Notes: generated from the sequence alone by a model not told the origin. DNA of 64,000 nt from Schmidtea nova (GCA_044892505.1 CM097882.1:294066001-294130000); one strand, 5' to 3'. Shown: positions 35,501-48,884, counted from the stretch's first letter. Numbers and translations: made by a program.

Positions 35501-37485
35501 TTTTTAGANNNNNNNNNNNNNNNNNNNNNNNNNNNNNNNNNNNNNNNNNNNNNNNNNNNNNNNNNNNNNNNNNNNNNNNNNNNNNNNNNNNNNNNNNNNN
35601 NNNNNNNNNNNNNNNNNNNNNNNNNNNNNNNNNNNNNNTTTTGAAATTTTGGATTTTTTTAAAGTGATAAAATTTTCAATATAATAATAATATTTTCGAT
35701 TTAAAATTTTTATGGGTTTCAATATAAGTTTTGATTTATAAATTCTTAGGAATTTTATAAAATGACAAAATCTTTTATATCATCACAATATTAGGAATAT
35801 TTTTGGTTTACAAATTTTCATTATAAAAAATTTTTCAATATAATAAAAAGTAAATTTTTATTTTTTGATCAAAACGAAATCCACATAATAATAAATTTTT
35901 ATCCATCAATTTCGAAATCTAAATAAGCATTTAACCTAAAAAGTTTTATATACTGAATAAAAATAAAATAAAACTAAGTTATAAATTTTTCAACGAATAT
36001 TTTTCGAAATCGAGTAAGTTTAATTTTGTTTTCATCATTATTCCATTGGATTTGAGCATTAATTCGAACGATTTCCTTTTCAATATCAGTTTTTATTATT
36101 CTGGATCTTGGATGAGGAGAAAACTATTGTGAAGGTGAAGGCGAAGGTGAGTAAAATGTTCTTGCATAAATTATTTTTCATAATGGAAAAGACATTTCTG
36201 GAGAGATTCGTTTTTACGTTTTCGTGTAGTATTAATTTTTAGATGATAAATGTGTCGGAAATTATAAATTCAAATAAACTACATTTATTATAAATTAAAT
36301 ATCATTAATATAACACCTTGCCTTTGGCCAAGCCACTGTTCCCCAGTTGGGATGAAGTGATCATGGATGGTTAGGCTATTCACCTGGACTCGGAAATATG
36401 GACTGATCGATTTACGTATCGAACCAGCGATCCGCTCAGGCTACGTCCACCCGATCGGCACAAGGCCAGACACAGGCTTCAGGGGGTACGGAAGTAAAAA
36501 AAAATTTTTTTATTTATTTATCTTTTTTATAATATATATCATTGTGATTTCAAACGGCAATTTGTGACAATAAAAGAAAATAAATAATAGTAATAAAAAA
36601 TAATAATATTCATAAAATAATATGACAATAATGAAAATAACATAATACACAATTATCAAAATAAAATATTACTGGGTACGGGGTAATCGAAAAGGCATGA
36701 CGTTCGATGACCCCGCACCGAACAAGAAAATGGTACTTACCAATAAATTCTTCCGGGAAAATACAAAAGTAAAAATTCTGCTAATTTTTTTTTTAAATTC
36801 TCAAAAATTTCTCCAAAATTCTGCTTATTGCCATTTTGATGGCGGTATATATACCATCGATTTTCGTCACCTTCACCAGTGTAATAAAACAAATTATTCT
36901 AGAATTTTCCTTTTAATTTTTCTAATTTAATTCTAATGATTTTCCGAAAATTAAATCCATATTTTTGTGTAATAATTTTTAGCAAAACACAAATAATTTA
37001 TTTTAATCCAAAATTTTTATTTTTGAATCGAAATTTGTTCGATTTAATTTAATTTACGATATTTCAATCAATATTAATTCTTTTTATTGTTAATGTGAAA
37101 TATTTTGCTAAAATCACAATTTTCGGCTAAAATTCTGTTAATTTTTTCTGCATCAAGGTTTTATAACACAATTCCGTTCTTTATGGGTATTTTCAATGGG
37201 TTTTACGTCTATTCTAACTTTCAAACGTTCTTCTTTTGATGGCATTTGATTTTTCTCGAGGTTTCAATGTAAAGGCTTTCAGACTCACAGCTAGCGCGTT
37301 CTCTACTGGTTGATGTGTTTTGAGTCCTCTTCACCTTTTGGTGTTTTCCACTTAATCGTTTCGATTTTTAAGGGATATTTGGGTTAAAACTGAATCTTGC
37401 GCGCTCTCTTCCTATGGGGTTATCGCTTTATTAAAACAGTTTGTGGTTTTTGCCCAACATAACAATACATTCAACATACCATCAC
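28380..37485. repeat. Large diverged inverted duplication centred near 34.3 kb, with ~2.7 kb extra in the left arm
   Basis: Inverted anchors 28598-28614/37392-37408 (17/17), 29710-29763/36316-36369 (53/54), ~29930-29980/~36110-36160, and 33547-33610/35110-35172. Confidence 0.8.
31766..32356 (+). pseudogene. Unknown 196-codon coiled-coil ORF with one nonsense codon (TAA 31838-40)
   Basis: TTTCAG-AAA-ATG start, in frame with the listed ORF 31922-32356; KKKKKNK basic patch; acidic/aromatic tail; AATAAA at ~32455. Confidence 0.5.
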
Positions 37486-38871
37486 ACGAAATTATAACAA
37501 TAGAGTGTCCGTCTCAAACTTACAATCACTCCACTGAAAATTTATAATATATCCATCAAAGCAAACATACATGTCACCACACAATTATTACATTTTACAT
37601 CATTAATCCATCGCAAGACGTAACAATCCCTATTGTAAGCGATTCCCCATCCAAATATAAATTCGCATGAAACCCACCTAGAAATATGACCCAAAATTTT
37701 CACCCACCGTGATTACTTACCCCATATCTAAAAGGAAATTATTTGAACGAAAAGTGAGACTCGATTTAACTTCAAAAGGAAATGCAATCCATTTGATAGG
37801 TAATTGAAGATCGAAAAATTTATTAACTCATGAATTATGGTCTTACGGTAATGTTCTGTGAAAAGGGTGTAACTCGTACTACAAGAAAATTCACCCAAAA
37901 CATTTGTGTTATAGATGCATTAGGAACAAATATTTTTTTTAATAAAAATCAAGATTTTTTTTCTACGATAAATGAAAATCAACATCAAAATTTATTTTAA
38001 TTTATTAAAATGAACGAAAGGTGAAATCAAAGCTTTTTACCACAATGAATAAAATCGAGAATCGAAAATTTATGATGAAGTCATTAAGTCATTCCTAAGA
38101 AATCGAAGTAGATAAAATTCCAGAGATTTTCTTTCCAGTGAGCGATAGACCCGCAGCTAGAGATGCAATAGATACATTGAGGCCACTGACCTCAGTTTGA
38201 AATGAATCCAAACGTGAAGTTTTAGCCAGCGCCATAATAATGGGAATGGAGTGATATTAGATATTTTCTTTGGGAAAATTGCATTGAATTGAAGATCTTG
38301 GAATAAATCATCTTCTTTCTCGTGACTAAATAAAAAGAAAAATGACGGCCGTTAAAATTTAAAGGTTAAAAAATCAAATGAATTACCATTAAATTCCATT
38401 GACATCGATCAGAGGAAAATTTTTGTCGAGGAATGAGAAGGAGAACGCCTGAGGTCGAGTTATCCTAGGTTGTAAAATGGTTTTTGGGTAAAATTTAAAT
38501 ATCATGCGGATAATCTTGAATAAATTCCTAAAGTAGGTAAATGTAATTATTGTAAAATTTGTTTCAATACCGTTGCTAAGGCCTCGGCAAATTTTCAAAA
38601 ATTAAAAACATTAGATTTCTAGTTAATTTTCTTTTATATTTAAAGCAAGATAGACAATAGGATAGTAAGCAGTTATGTGGAGCATGAGTCATCTGCGAAC
38701 AAAGGAGGTGGGAGGTAGAAATATTTTTATGACTAATCGCGATGACTCATCGGTATGACTCATCGACATGACTCATTTCAAATTTGAATTTTATGACATC
38801 ATCGATGACTCATTTCAATTTTAAATTTGAATTTCCAAAGGTCAAATAAGGTCAAACCTTCAAACAAGAGT

Positions 38872-38978
38872 ATCATTCGAAAGGTCTTTGAGAGGTGCAC
38901 ACAATGGTCATACCCTCGAAGGTTTATGGATGGTCCTTAACCTTCAAAAGGTCAAAAACCTTCAACCTTTTACAAACC

Positions 38979-39041
<63 letters not shown>

Positions 39042-39540
39042 TTCGAAAGGTATTTGAAGGGTGAGTATGATGGTCATACACTTGAAGGTCTGTGGTGTGT
39101 CCTCGACCTTCAAAGGGTCCAAAACCTTCAACTTTATTCAAACCTTGTGTGTAATATATCATTCGAAAGGTAATGCCGATGTGCACACAATGGTCATACC
39201 TTCGAAGGTCTATGGCGAGTACTCAACCTTCAAGGGGTCAAAAACCTTCAAATATATTTAAACATTACAAGTTATATATCAAACAAAAGGTAATTGAGAG
39301 TTAAGTATGATGATCAATCCTCGTAGGTAGGTGGTCGACCCTTGAAGGGTCCAAGGTTCAAAATTTTAAAAACTATATAATATACGTATCAAACAAAAAG
39401 TAATTCTGAGTCGAGTATGATGGTCGTACCCTTGAAGATCCGCGGCTGACCCTCGAAGGGTCCAAGGTTCAAAACTATATAATATATGTATCAAACAAAA
39501 GGTAATTGGAAGTTGAGTATGATGGTCATATTCTTGTGTG
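38872..39540 (+). repeat. Tandem array of six ~102-120-bp units with CCTTNNAAGG-type palindromes; (AT)n expansion in unit 1
   Basis: Unit starts ATCATTCGAAAGGT or ATCAAACAAAAGGT at 38872, 39038, 39158, 39278, 39388, 39490. Confidence 0.88.
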
Positions 39541-39670
39541 TGTTTGTGTGTCAAACAGATAACACTACGCATTCAACGCGCGTGCAACGCGCGTTGTTAG
39601 TCTCTTGTGTGTAAGACAGATAACAGTACTCCGTTGTGAATCCCTTCCGTGTGTAAGCCAGTATCCATTG

Positions 39671-40030
39671 NNNNNNNNNNNNNNNNNNNNNNNNNNNNNN
39701 NNNNNNNNNNNNNNNNNNNNNNNNNNNNNNNNNNNNNNNNNNNNNNNNNNNNNNNNNNNNNNNNNNNNNNNNNNNNNNNNNNNNNNNNNNNNNNNNNNNN
39801 NNNNNNNNNNNNNNNNNNNNNNNNNNNNNNNNNNNNNNNNNNNNNNNNNNNNNNNNNNNNNNNNNNNNNNNNNNNNNNNNNNNNNNNNNNNNNNNNNNNN
39901 NNNNNNNNNNNNNNNNNNNNNNNNNNNNNNNNNNNNNNNNNNNNNNNNNNNNNNNNNNNNNNNNNNNNNNNNNNNNNNNNNNNNNNNNNNNNNNNNNNNN
40001 NNNNNNNNNNNNNNNNNNNNNNNNNNNNNN
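39671..40030. other. Assembly gap; others at 11321-11463, 35509-35638, 40915-41053, 50858-51048, 58289-58481
   Basis: N runs. Confidence 1.
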
Positions 40031-40309
40031 GTGTAGCAAACTTTGGCTTTCTGCCTTTTTCGGTCTCTCGCGTCTGTGTGCGCAGAGCCGTATGTTTTGC
40101 CAGTTTAATTCGCGTCTGTGTGCGCGCTCTAGTTGTAATGGATTGAAAAATTTGGTAATTTTGAAGATTGTAATTTAATTGAGTATTTGTTTAAACTAAT
40201 CAATTCAGTTTGGATTTTTGATGTGGAATTTATGGAATTGTTTAAATATTCCAATTTTAGTTTAATGTTGCGAATTTTTTGTGGAATTATTGAACAATTC
40301 AAATAGATT

Positions 40310-40914
40310 ATGAAGATAGTTTGTGTGACAGACTTTGAACCAAATGTAACTTGCAATGATGCTCAACTTTATGATTATAGAAAAAGTGCCTATGATGAAT
40401 TAGAGAAAGTATGTACTAGGAAGTTTTCTATGTTATTGTTTGTGAAAGTTGGTTTCCAAATGATGAGTTCCAGTCTCGATATTTTGGCTCAATATCATTC
40501 AGTTAATGATTATGTTCCTTATGAAAATTGCGATCATAGATTTCTTGACTGGCCAATTCGATGGATAAATATTAAGAAGGATCTGGAGAATTTAAATTGT
40601 GACATTTTCTGTCTCCAAGAAGTTGAAATTTCATATTGCTTATCTGACATCGAACCAGCGATGCTTCAGTTAGGATATAAAGGATTCTCGTCTGCGAAAC
40701 CAGGTGCCGAACCTGATGGTTGTGCCAAACTTGTGAAATTAGACAGCTTTAATTGTGACCTTTCTATTTTCGAAACTGTGTTATTTCATTACGATGAACC
40801 TTCAGTTCTGTCGACACACAATGTTGGTCAAATCGCTCTATTGTCTCTAATATCGAATCATTTTGCTCGAATCATTTTGCTCGAATCATTTGACAATAAA
40901 ATTATTAATAAAGN
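40310..40914 (+). CDS. CCR4/nocturnin/Angel/PDE12-like EEP nuclease, N-terminal half; truncated at an N-gap
   Basis: DILAQ...Y..C....LDWPIRWINIKKDLENLNCDIFCLQEVE...LGYKG...K...DGCA...NVGQIALL; canonical NILA Asn appears as Asp. Confidence 0.75.
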
Positions 40915-42754
40915 NNNNNNNNNNNNNNNNNNNNNNNNNNNNNNNNNNNNNNNNNNNNNNNNNNNNNNNNNNNNNNNNNNNNNNNNNNNNNNNNNNNNNN
41001 NNNNNNNNNNNNNNNNNNNNNNNNNNNNNNNNNNNNNNNNNNNNNNNNNNNNATTGTAATAAAAAAAATAATTATAAAAAAATAATATTAAATAAAATAA
41101 TAATACTTACAAAATATTATTAGTAATAAAAATAATATTAAATAAAATAATACTTATAAAATATTAAGAAAAAATAATACTTATAAAATATTAATAGTAA
41201 AAATAATAATAAAAAAAAGTTATTTAAAACTTTTGAAAATTGCGCTAAAAATTTACTTTGATTAAACAAAATGACGCTAAAATTCAAAAATTGCGAGAAA
41301 AAATTCAAAATTCTAACAAAAATTCAAAAATTGCGCCAAAAAATTGAAACAAAAAAATGACCTTGACCTTGAAACGACCTTGACCTTTGACCTCAATTAC
41401 GAATTCATGATGTCATAACTCGTGTGTTATGTAAAAAGCCCGAGAAATATTGTGTAATAACGCGTGTCGTATGTAAAACCCGAGAATTGTATAATGATTA
41501 CGTAATCATGTGTGATACGTAAACTCCGAGTGATTACATAATATACACACATGGTGGTATTGACGCAGTAAGCTCATAGTCCCCTACTCTTGCGCCCTCG
41601 CACCGTGAGCTATTGAGGAAGCAAGTATAAAATTAAAAATATATTGTTGAAATCATGGAAGCATCAAAATATTGACATGAAATAACAAACAAAATTAAAA
41701 ATTACTTTAAGTTTCCTGTAGCGATTTGTCCAATAAACGTAGAATGTAAATATATTTTAAGTGATGAGTTAGAAGCGGTGTAGTCGTTCTAAGCTCTCAA
41801 AATAAAATGCTGATTTTATGATTTTTGGGTCGGTATTTATACCAATACAGTTGGTCCAATTGACCAATCAAAATCAAGCCGCCCTTCACAGTTGGTCCTT
41901 ATTATTTTTTAATCATTTAATAAGATTTTAAGCAGATTTCGATTTTCCAACTCTGTGGATCAATATTCAATCAATGAACTAATGAAAAGTACTTTTATTA
42001 ATTTTATTTTAACATTATTTTAATGTTTTTCCATTGTAGTTTTACTTATCCTGCGGTTCCTGGCTCATTGGACATACTTTCATAATTGGTAATTTATTAT
42101 TTTTCTTATTTATTTATTTTTAGTTACGCTATTGTGTCCTTATAAGTTGAATTTGTAATTTTTTAGCTTTTTGTTTTAATTAACAAAAATTGTTTTTGTA
42201 GATTTAGATGTTCAGCTATCCCAACATTGAAAAAAACCAAGTTGAGTTAGAAAATAATTTGTATATGTGGTGGTACTCAAATAAATTGTTCAGTGTTGGG
42301 TTTTATTGATTTTCGACAATAAAATGACACGAGGAGATAGGTATTTGAACCGATCTTATACAAAGTAAAATAACCCAACAATTATGATTAACTTGATTAA
42401 AGAGTAAATGAATGGAAAGATTAAAATAAAAAAATAATTAGCCAATGTAATGGTTATTATTAGTTTTTCTATTTTCTATTATTAATTTTCCCAAAAAATT
42501 TAACTAGCCTAGAAAATTTTATTTATCGCACAATAATAATAATAACAATAATAATTTCTTAACATTTTATGTTCCACTTGTTTTGTAAAATTCAAATCTC
42601 TTCAGTTATTATTGTTTCAAAAATATTTACTTTATTTTTTATTTATTTTTTGATAAGTTTTATTTTTACTTTCAAACTAATATTTACTGAAAAACTATCT
42701 CAAAATGATTTGTAAAAATTAAAAAAAACACAAGTAGATTTTCAAACAAAAAAG

Positions 42755-43221
42755 TTAATTATATCCTCTCCATGCAAATGACGCAACTATACCAAGTTTT
42801 TCTAAATTTGCTGATTTTACTGTTCTATTAGCATCTGGTGGTTTTCCAACGCTGAACTTGCTCAGGCGGTTAACCTGAAATACACATTGTAAATAACAAA
42901 TAATTAAATTAACTGAATATGTTTTTTTTCTTTTAATTATTTATTATTTTATCAAACAAATAAAATATATACTAAAGAATCCATATCTTCTTTTTTAAAT
43001 TTTTTGTTATCGATGCCAAATGGATTTTTATCAGGTTGCCGCCTAATTGGAACGTAATATAATCGATCAACAACTTGCTTTATTTCATAAGCTGTTAATC
43101 TTTGGTAACCCATGCCAAATTCTGGATGCACGATAGTCCCCCATGGCAATTTAGCTGACTTTGGTCTCACTCCTGAACGAATAACAGGCATTCTAAACCT
43201 ATATTCTGCATTATCCCCCAT
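42755..43221 (-). CDS. Uncharacterised 122-aa protein; exons 43221-42973 and 42874-42755
   Basis: 98-bp phase-0 GTATAT...TTTCAG intron joins ...KEDMDSL to VNRLSKF...SFAWRGYN*; no stops; an upstream exon is not excluded. Confidence 0.7.
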
Positions 43222-44422
43222 TGAATATTTTGAAAAGTAATTTAAATGTATCCAGGAAGTGACTAAAAAAATCTTTACTTGATTAATTTAACAAATTTAG
43301 TTTATTATTAAAATTAATTTTTTGAAAAATCAATAATTTTCAGATTAATAATTGTATGACTATAGATCAAAATTTATTTTGAGATCAAAAATTACTTGAT
43401 AATTTTATTTTTACTTAATAAAATAAATCAAAATAAATTTTTATTTAATTTAGGATTAATAATTTAGAGAAATTAAATAATATTTTATGCTGTTAAATGA
43501 AAATTATTACAAAATAAAACATTATGGATTGTTTTCAAAATACCTTTGTTTAAGTAATACAAATATATTCATTTAATTATTCGCAAAAATTGAAAATATT
43601 ATATCTAAAATTGAAGTTTTTTCAAAATTTTATTTAGTTAACATTAAACTTCAGTTTAGACTTATAAATGAAGAATACTGATCCAGAAAATATTCCTTCA
43701 AAAGTTTATGTGATAGGTAATCAAGTTTTATTAGTAAATGAATAGTTGAAATGTAAAATATTTAATTAATCGTTAAATTCTTTTAAATAAAATGTAGATA
43801 TAATAATATAATATAAAAAAAATTAATTAATGTGCGTTACTCAACATTTTCTTAAAACAGGTCAATCAATTCAAAGTAGAAAAATTTATTGATTCAGAGT
43901 GGAAACTAAAATAAATTGAAAATGTTTTTCATTGATGAAATTTAATAATTTCAGCTACATATATTTATAGTTTGATGTTAGACAAAAAATATAATTTATA
44001 ACTCAATTTCCTAATACTTAAGAGAGCAAAGCGTCATTAAGGAGATGTGAGTCCGCTGGACCAACGTAAGACCCTCACTTGATACCCCCAGAAAACAGAT
44101 TCCTTCCGAGTTTTTTGTAAACTTCTTTTCGTAAAAGTTATTTCCTGGTTAAGATCAACACTTTTGCTGAAGACAACTTTTACGGATTACGATGAGATTC
44201 CTTGGAAAAGTTGTAAATCTGCTGGACCAACGTAAAACAAATGGCTTTAAATTATTAAAGATCCCCCATTCCCCCTAGAAAACATCTTTCTTTTGATATT
44301 TTCAAAGTTGTATTTTCATCAAAATGGTATTCTTCGTCATATGGTTGGATCATGCCCAAATCTAGATTCCAATGTTCTTCCTATCTATTTACATAATAAA
44401 CCTTTACATAATTAAATCTAAG

Positions 44423-44424
<2 letters not shown>

Positions 44425-44503
<79 letters not shown>
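44425..44503. repeat. (AT)n microsatellite; others at ~13534-13559 and ~38984-39038; (AAT/ATT)n at ~11090, ~28400-28545, ~53215-53310
   Basis: Direct inspection. Confidence 0.95.
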
Positions 44504-44512
<9 letters not shown>

Positions 44513-44638
44513 TGACTTTAACATTTAAAAAATCATAATAATGCTAAGTTTTGAGTGCAGTATTTTTTCATATTAAAAGTGCTTTTAATATCAATAATTT
44601 CCATAAGACTATATATCAAAAATTTATTTTAAACAAGT

Positions 44639-44673
44639 ACACAATATTTCGGCACAACCCTTTATCGAGTGTG
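44639..44673 (-). ncRNA. Degenerate hammerhead motif, family A, in an isolated pLTR fragment
   Basis: Minus strand CACAC-TCGATAA-AG-GGT(TGT)GCC-GAAA-TAT-T-GTGT; U4C change; flank matches the family-A pLTR. Confidence 0.5.
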
Positions 44674-46015
44674 CTTTTGTTGTTAGCATATGAAATTCTT
44701 ACAACAATTTGATGTCAAGTATAATGCACCTATCCTAACATTGATGTTAAGTGCAAAATCTATTTTTGACTGCAGAATGGTGCTAAAAAATCTAAAAAGT
44801 GCATATCATGTTTACTAGTAGAAATGTTCAGATTTTTGAAGAAACAAAAGTACTTTTCATCATAGTATTGATATTTGATGCAGACAAGTGAAATCAAGTG
44901 CAGAAAAGTGCAAAAATATTTTTTAAATGTAAATATTATCAAATCTTTGTTGTTTCATGTTTAGCACTTGTTTATTGACATTCAATTTTTCCCGATTTAC
45001 AAATGATTTACTTAACAGATTTTAATCATTTATCCATTGTTTGACTCTAAAATATGTGTTGCACAACTTGATGTAAAAGGATTAACAGTAAATATCGAAT
45101 TTCACTAATTTTAATTTTTCAAACAACCAAGGCTATTTTTCAATTTATTTTGTATACCTTAGACCACCATCAAATTATCTACAAGATGACATGTATCTTT
45201 ATTAAAAATAGTATGGATTTTATAATTTTTCACTATATACACATTGAGTTTTTTCCATGTAGATGAAATATTTTTCAACTTATTCAAATATAATTCAAAT
45301 CAGAATCAAATACTCTACAAGGCTACGTGTAAATATTTTTCAAATAATTGATTTTTAAAAATTTCACTTTTGCGTCCAAATAAAAAAAGTTATCAAATTA
45401 TTTTTTAAAATTTTAAAGAAAACAAGAATTAATACATTATTTATTTTTGAAACTTTGTGAAAGTTTTATCAAACTGTGAAACCTATATGAAAATTAAAAG
45501 TTTTACCTTATTTTAGTCAAAATAATCTATGATTTTAGATAAAAATATTTAGTTATTTTAATGAAAGTAATTTTGATGTTTATTTGAAAGTTTTTAGTTA
45601 TTTTATAAAGCTTAGTGAAAGGCAAAGGTTATTCGATGTTAAAGAAATATTTATTTGATAATTAAAAGGTTATTTTAGAAAAATATTAAGTCATTTTATT
45701 AAAGGTTTCTAAAATTATTTGATTATTAAGCAATAATTTTTCAAGTTTTAAGTTATATTATGAAAATTGTGAAGCCTATTTGAAAATTACAACTTTTATT
45801 TTAGACAAATAATTTTGTTTTTAGAATTATATTACGTTATTTAATCAAAGGTTCATATTTTCATTATTATTGTCATTATTATTAAAATACTGTGCATCCA
45901 TTGCTAAAAGACAAAATAGAAAGAACGATAAGATTTATTTAACGCTCAATTATTTATAGCTTAAAGAAGAACTGCAACGAAATATTTAATGAAATATTAC
46001 GTTGCCATTAACCTA

Positions 46016-47311
46016 CGTGGTTGGTTCATTAAGTACCTGCAGTTGGTATCAAAAACAAAAGATATTGACAAAACACATTTATTTTTAGAATTTACTACAT
46101 GTCTAGGCTTATTTTTCAATGTAAGAGCCATTGTTCTCAATACAGTTTTTCCAACAAACAGGAAGTTCTAAAAACCCGTTATTGTAGAACCATTTTGGTT
46201 TTTCGTCGAAGAATTTTGTTACTTCCTCCTTTAGTGAATCACTAGAAACAAAGAATTTACCAGCCAAGTGTTTCTTCAAATGTCTAAATAAATAGAAATC
46301 ACTTGGAGCCAGATCAGGACTATAAGCAGGATGTTCCAATGTTGAAAAGCCACATCGAACAATTTTCTCCGACACAAGTTTTGATGCATGAATTGGAGCA
46401 TTGTCGTGAAGCAGCCACAAATTTGTGTTTTTCTTTTTTCGTCGAAGTTTCCGAGTTTGTTCAATGAGATTAGAATAATAAACACTGTTAATTTTAACTT
46501 GCCTTTCTGCGAAATCAATATTGATTATTCCATCACTATCCCAAAAAATCGAGAGCTTCAAATTTCGACGGTGAATGAATCCAGATTTCAGCTTATTTGT
46601 TGGCTTTTCATCTAGAAACTTCCATTCTGCTGAAGATCTTTTACTTTCTGGAATATAAAGACTTAGTGGTGTCTTGTCTTCCGTTATAATGTTTTTCAAA
46701 AATGACTCACCATGTTCCTCGAACAGTGCAAGATTGTGTTCACAAATAATTAGTCTTTTTTTCACACAATTCAACTCATAAAAATAAGGAACAAATCTGC
46801 TGCACAACTTCCGCACACCCATCTCTTTTATCATTTCATGACACTTACCGACACTGACATTGATCTCCTTCGCCAAATGTTTTACTGTTATCCTTCGTTC
46901 GTCTTTAATTTACGATTCAATCTGATTTTTCTTTTTGCCTTCATCAATTTCAATCGGTCTTCCTTGCTTTGATTCATCAATAACTGACATTTTTCCACTT
47001 TTGAATTCACTAATCCAATAATAAATAGTTCTATCACATGGACAATCTTCTTTATACGTCTCTTGGAGCATTGCTAATATCTCTAATCTTGAAGCCTCGG
47101 GCATTACAAAAAACCTAATCACCGACTGATATTCAATGCTTAAAATTGCCATATTTTGAATGATTAAATATTTGCTCTAAACAAATATTGGTTAAATAAA
47201 ACAAAATGAAGATTTCTAACCTTTTATAAATTCTCTACAACGGAAACATAAAGTTATTATAATATCTCTTATTTTTGATATCGAGTGCAGGTACTTCGTG
47301 AACCAACCACG
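46016..47311 (-). mobile_element. Full-length mariner (DD34D), transposase frameshifted near 46915
   Basis: TIRs CGTGGTTGGTTCA..AAGTACCTGCA with TA at 46014-15 and 47312-13; ORFs 47152-46910 and 46876-46109; ITEDKT, HDNAPIH, YSPDLAPSDF with 34 residues between the last two Asp. Confidence 0.95.
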
Positions 47312-48884
47312 TATAATGTAATAAGTCATGACGCACAAGAATCTGCATCATTACAAAAACAAATAATAAAACTAAGGAAATTAAAAAATTAATACATGCA
47401 ATCATCATTAATAACATCAACAACAATAATATTCATATCAATAATTCATTCTTTTATTCTGCATCATCTTCTTTATGTAAAAATATTATCAAAAATATTA
47501 TCTTTCATTAATTCGTAATAATGCTCATATGACACACTCTTATTCTTACCCAGTCATAAGCTTTTATCATCCTTAATTGTGAGCGCAACTTTCATGTTTT
47601 TAATCCATACAATTGATGATTCTTTGTACTAATACGAAGTTGTAGTACTTATTGTTAGTATCTTCTTTTCCTGAACTTCGGGTATTAATTGCATCAATCA
47701 TTAAATTAATAATTAAATTAACAAAATTTCAAAACTGTATTTTTTACCACAATTATTTAAACAAGGTAAGGAGACTCAAAGAAATATGTAATTTTTCTTG
47801 ACAGAATTTTCATACAAAACATTCATACATATATTCAATATACGATTTTTAATTAATTTCAGCTATATTTTAATAAACCTATATATTTAATAAAAAATTT
47901 AATAAAACTTTATTGTAAATTTTAAATTTGATTTTAAATATTCTAATTATTAAAATCTTTACTGATAATTATTTTTGTTTTAAACGAGATGTTTTCTTTG
48001 CAAAATACTTTTTTTGTATTAAAATAATTTCTAAAAATCTTTAGAGTATTTTTAAACATCTCACACTTATGGCATTTGTTGACCAAAATAACAATTAAGA
48101 TATATTTATGCAAGGCTTCTTTTTTCAATATAGTTTAGTACAATAAGAAAAGAATTTATCAGAATGAATTTAAAGTTCATGTATAAAATAATCTAAAAAT
48201 ATATTCAATCGTGCTCAGTGACTGCTGATATTGGAGAAAAAATTAATTTACATCAATTATCAATGAAAACAAATTTCTTAAATGAACCGGAAATATTTCC
48301 TGGTTTGAGACTCGGAAAATAAACACATTGCGTGTTGATTTATTTGCCAGTGTTAAAATAGTTATACTTGGTTTAAAAATATAAAATTATAATTCGTTCG
48401 TAAATCAAATTATAAGAATTTAATTGGTTCAAGAAAATTATAAATACTTTTAACATTCTCATTCTCTTCATTGAACAATAGGTCGATTTTCGGATAATGT
48501 TAATATTTGATTTTTTATTTATTTTCTTTTTTTTAGAATACAAGATTGAGCTACTTGTTATGAAGATCACGCTAAATTTCCCAGAAATAAAATATTTTGT
48601 TCTTAATTGTGCATCAGAAATTGCTCCTCACGAAATATTTCAAGCTTCTAGAATTAACATTAAAGACTCATATTCCGTCATAAATTTATTCAACATGGAC
48701 TTAAAAAGCAAACCACTACTCAAAACAATTGAGTGCCCATATAAGTGTCCACATTGTAAGGATTACAAAAGAAAGCAGGCAGTAATTATTATTGTCAATG
48801 AACTAAATATTCATCAAAATGACATTTATTACAAATAAATTTGTTAAATGTTTGATAATAAATTTTTATATATATATACTATAT

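Noticed and set aside
37730-38600. Protein-like fragments (e.g. IEVDKIPEIFFPVSDRPAARD)
   Set aside because: Short, stop-ridden and no family recognised
38872-39540. CRISPR-like array
   Set aside because: Whole units are homologous with no unique spacers; eukaryotic context with no cas genes
39551-40146. Long ORFs containing X runs (also at 11309, 35504, 50839, 58226)
   Set aside because: Artefacts of N gaps
44040-44290. Repeated GCTGGACCAACGTAA (~165 bp apart) as CRISPR- or SINE-like
   Set aside because: Only two copies, within a longer diverged duplication
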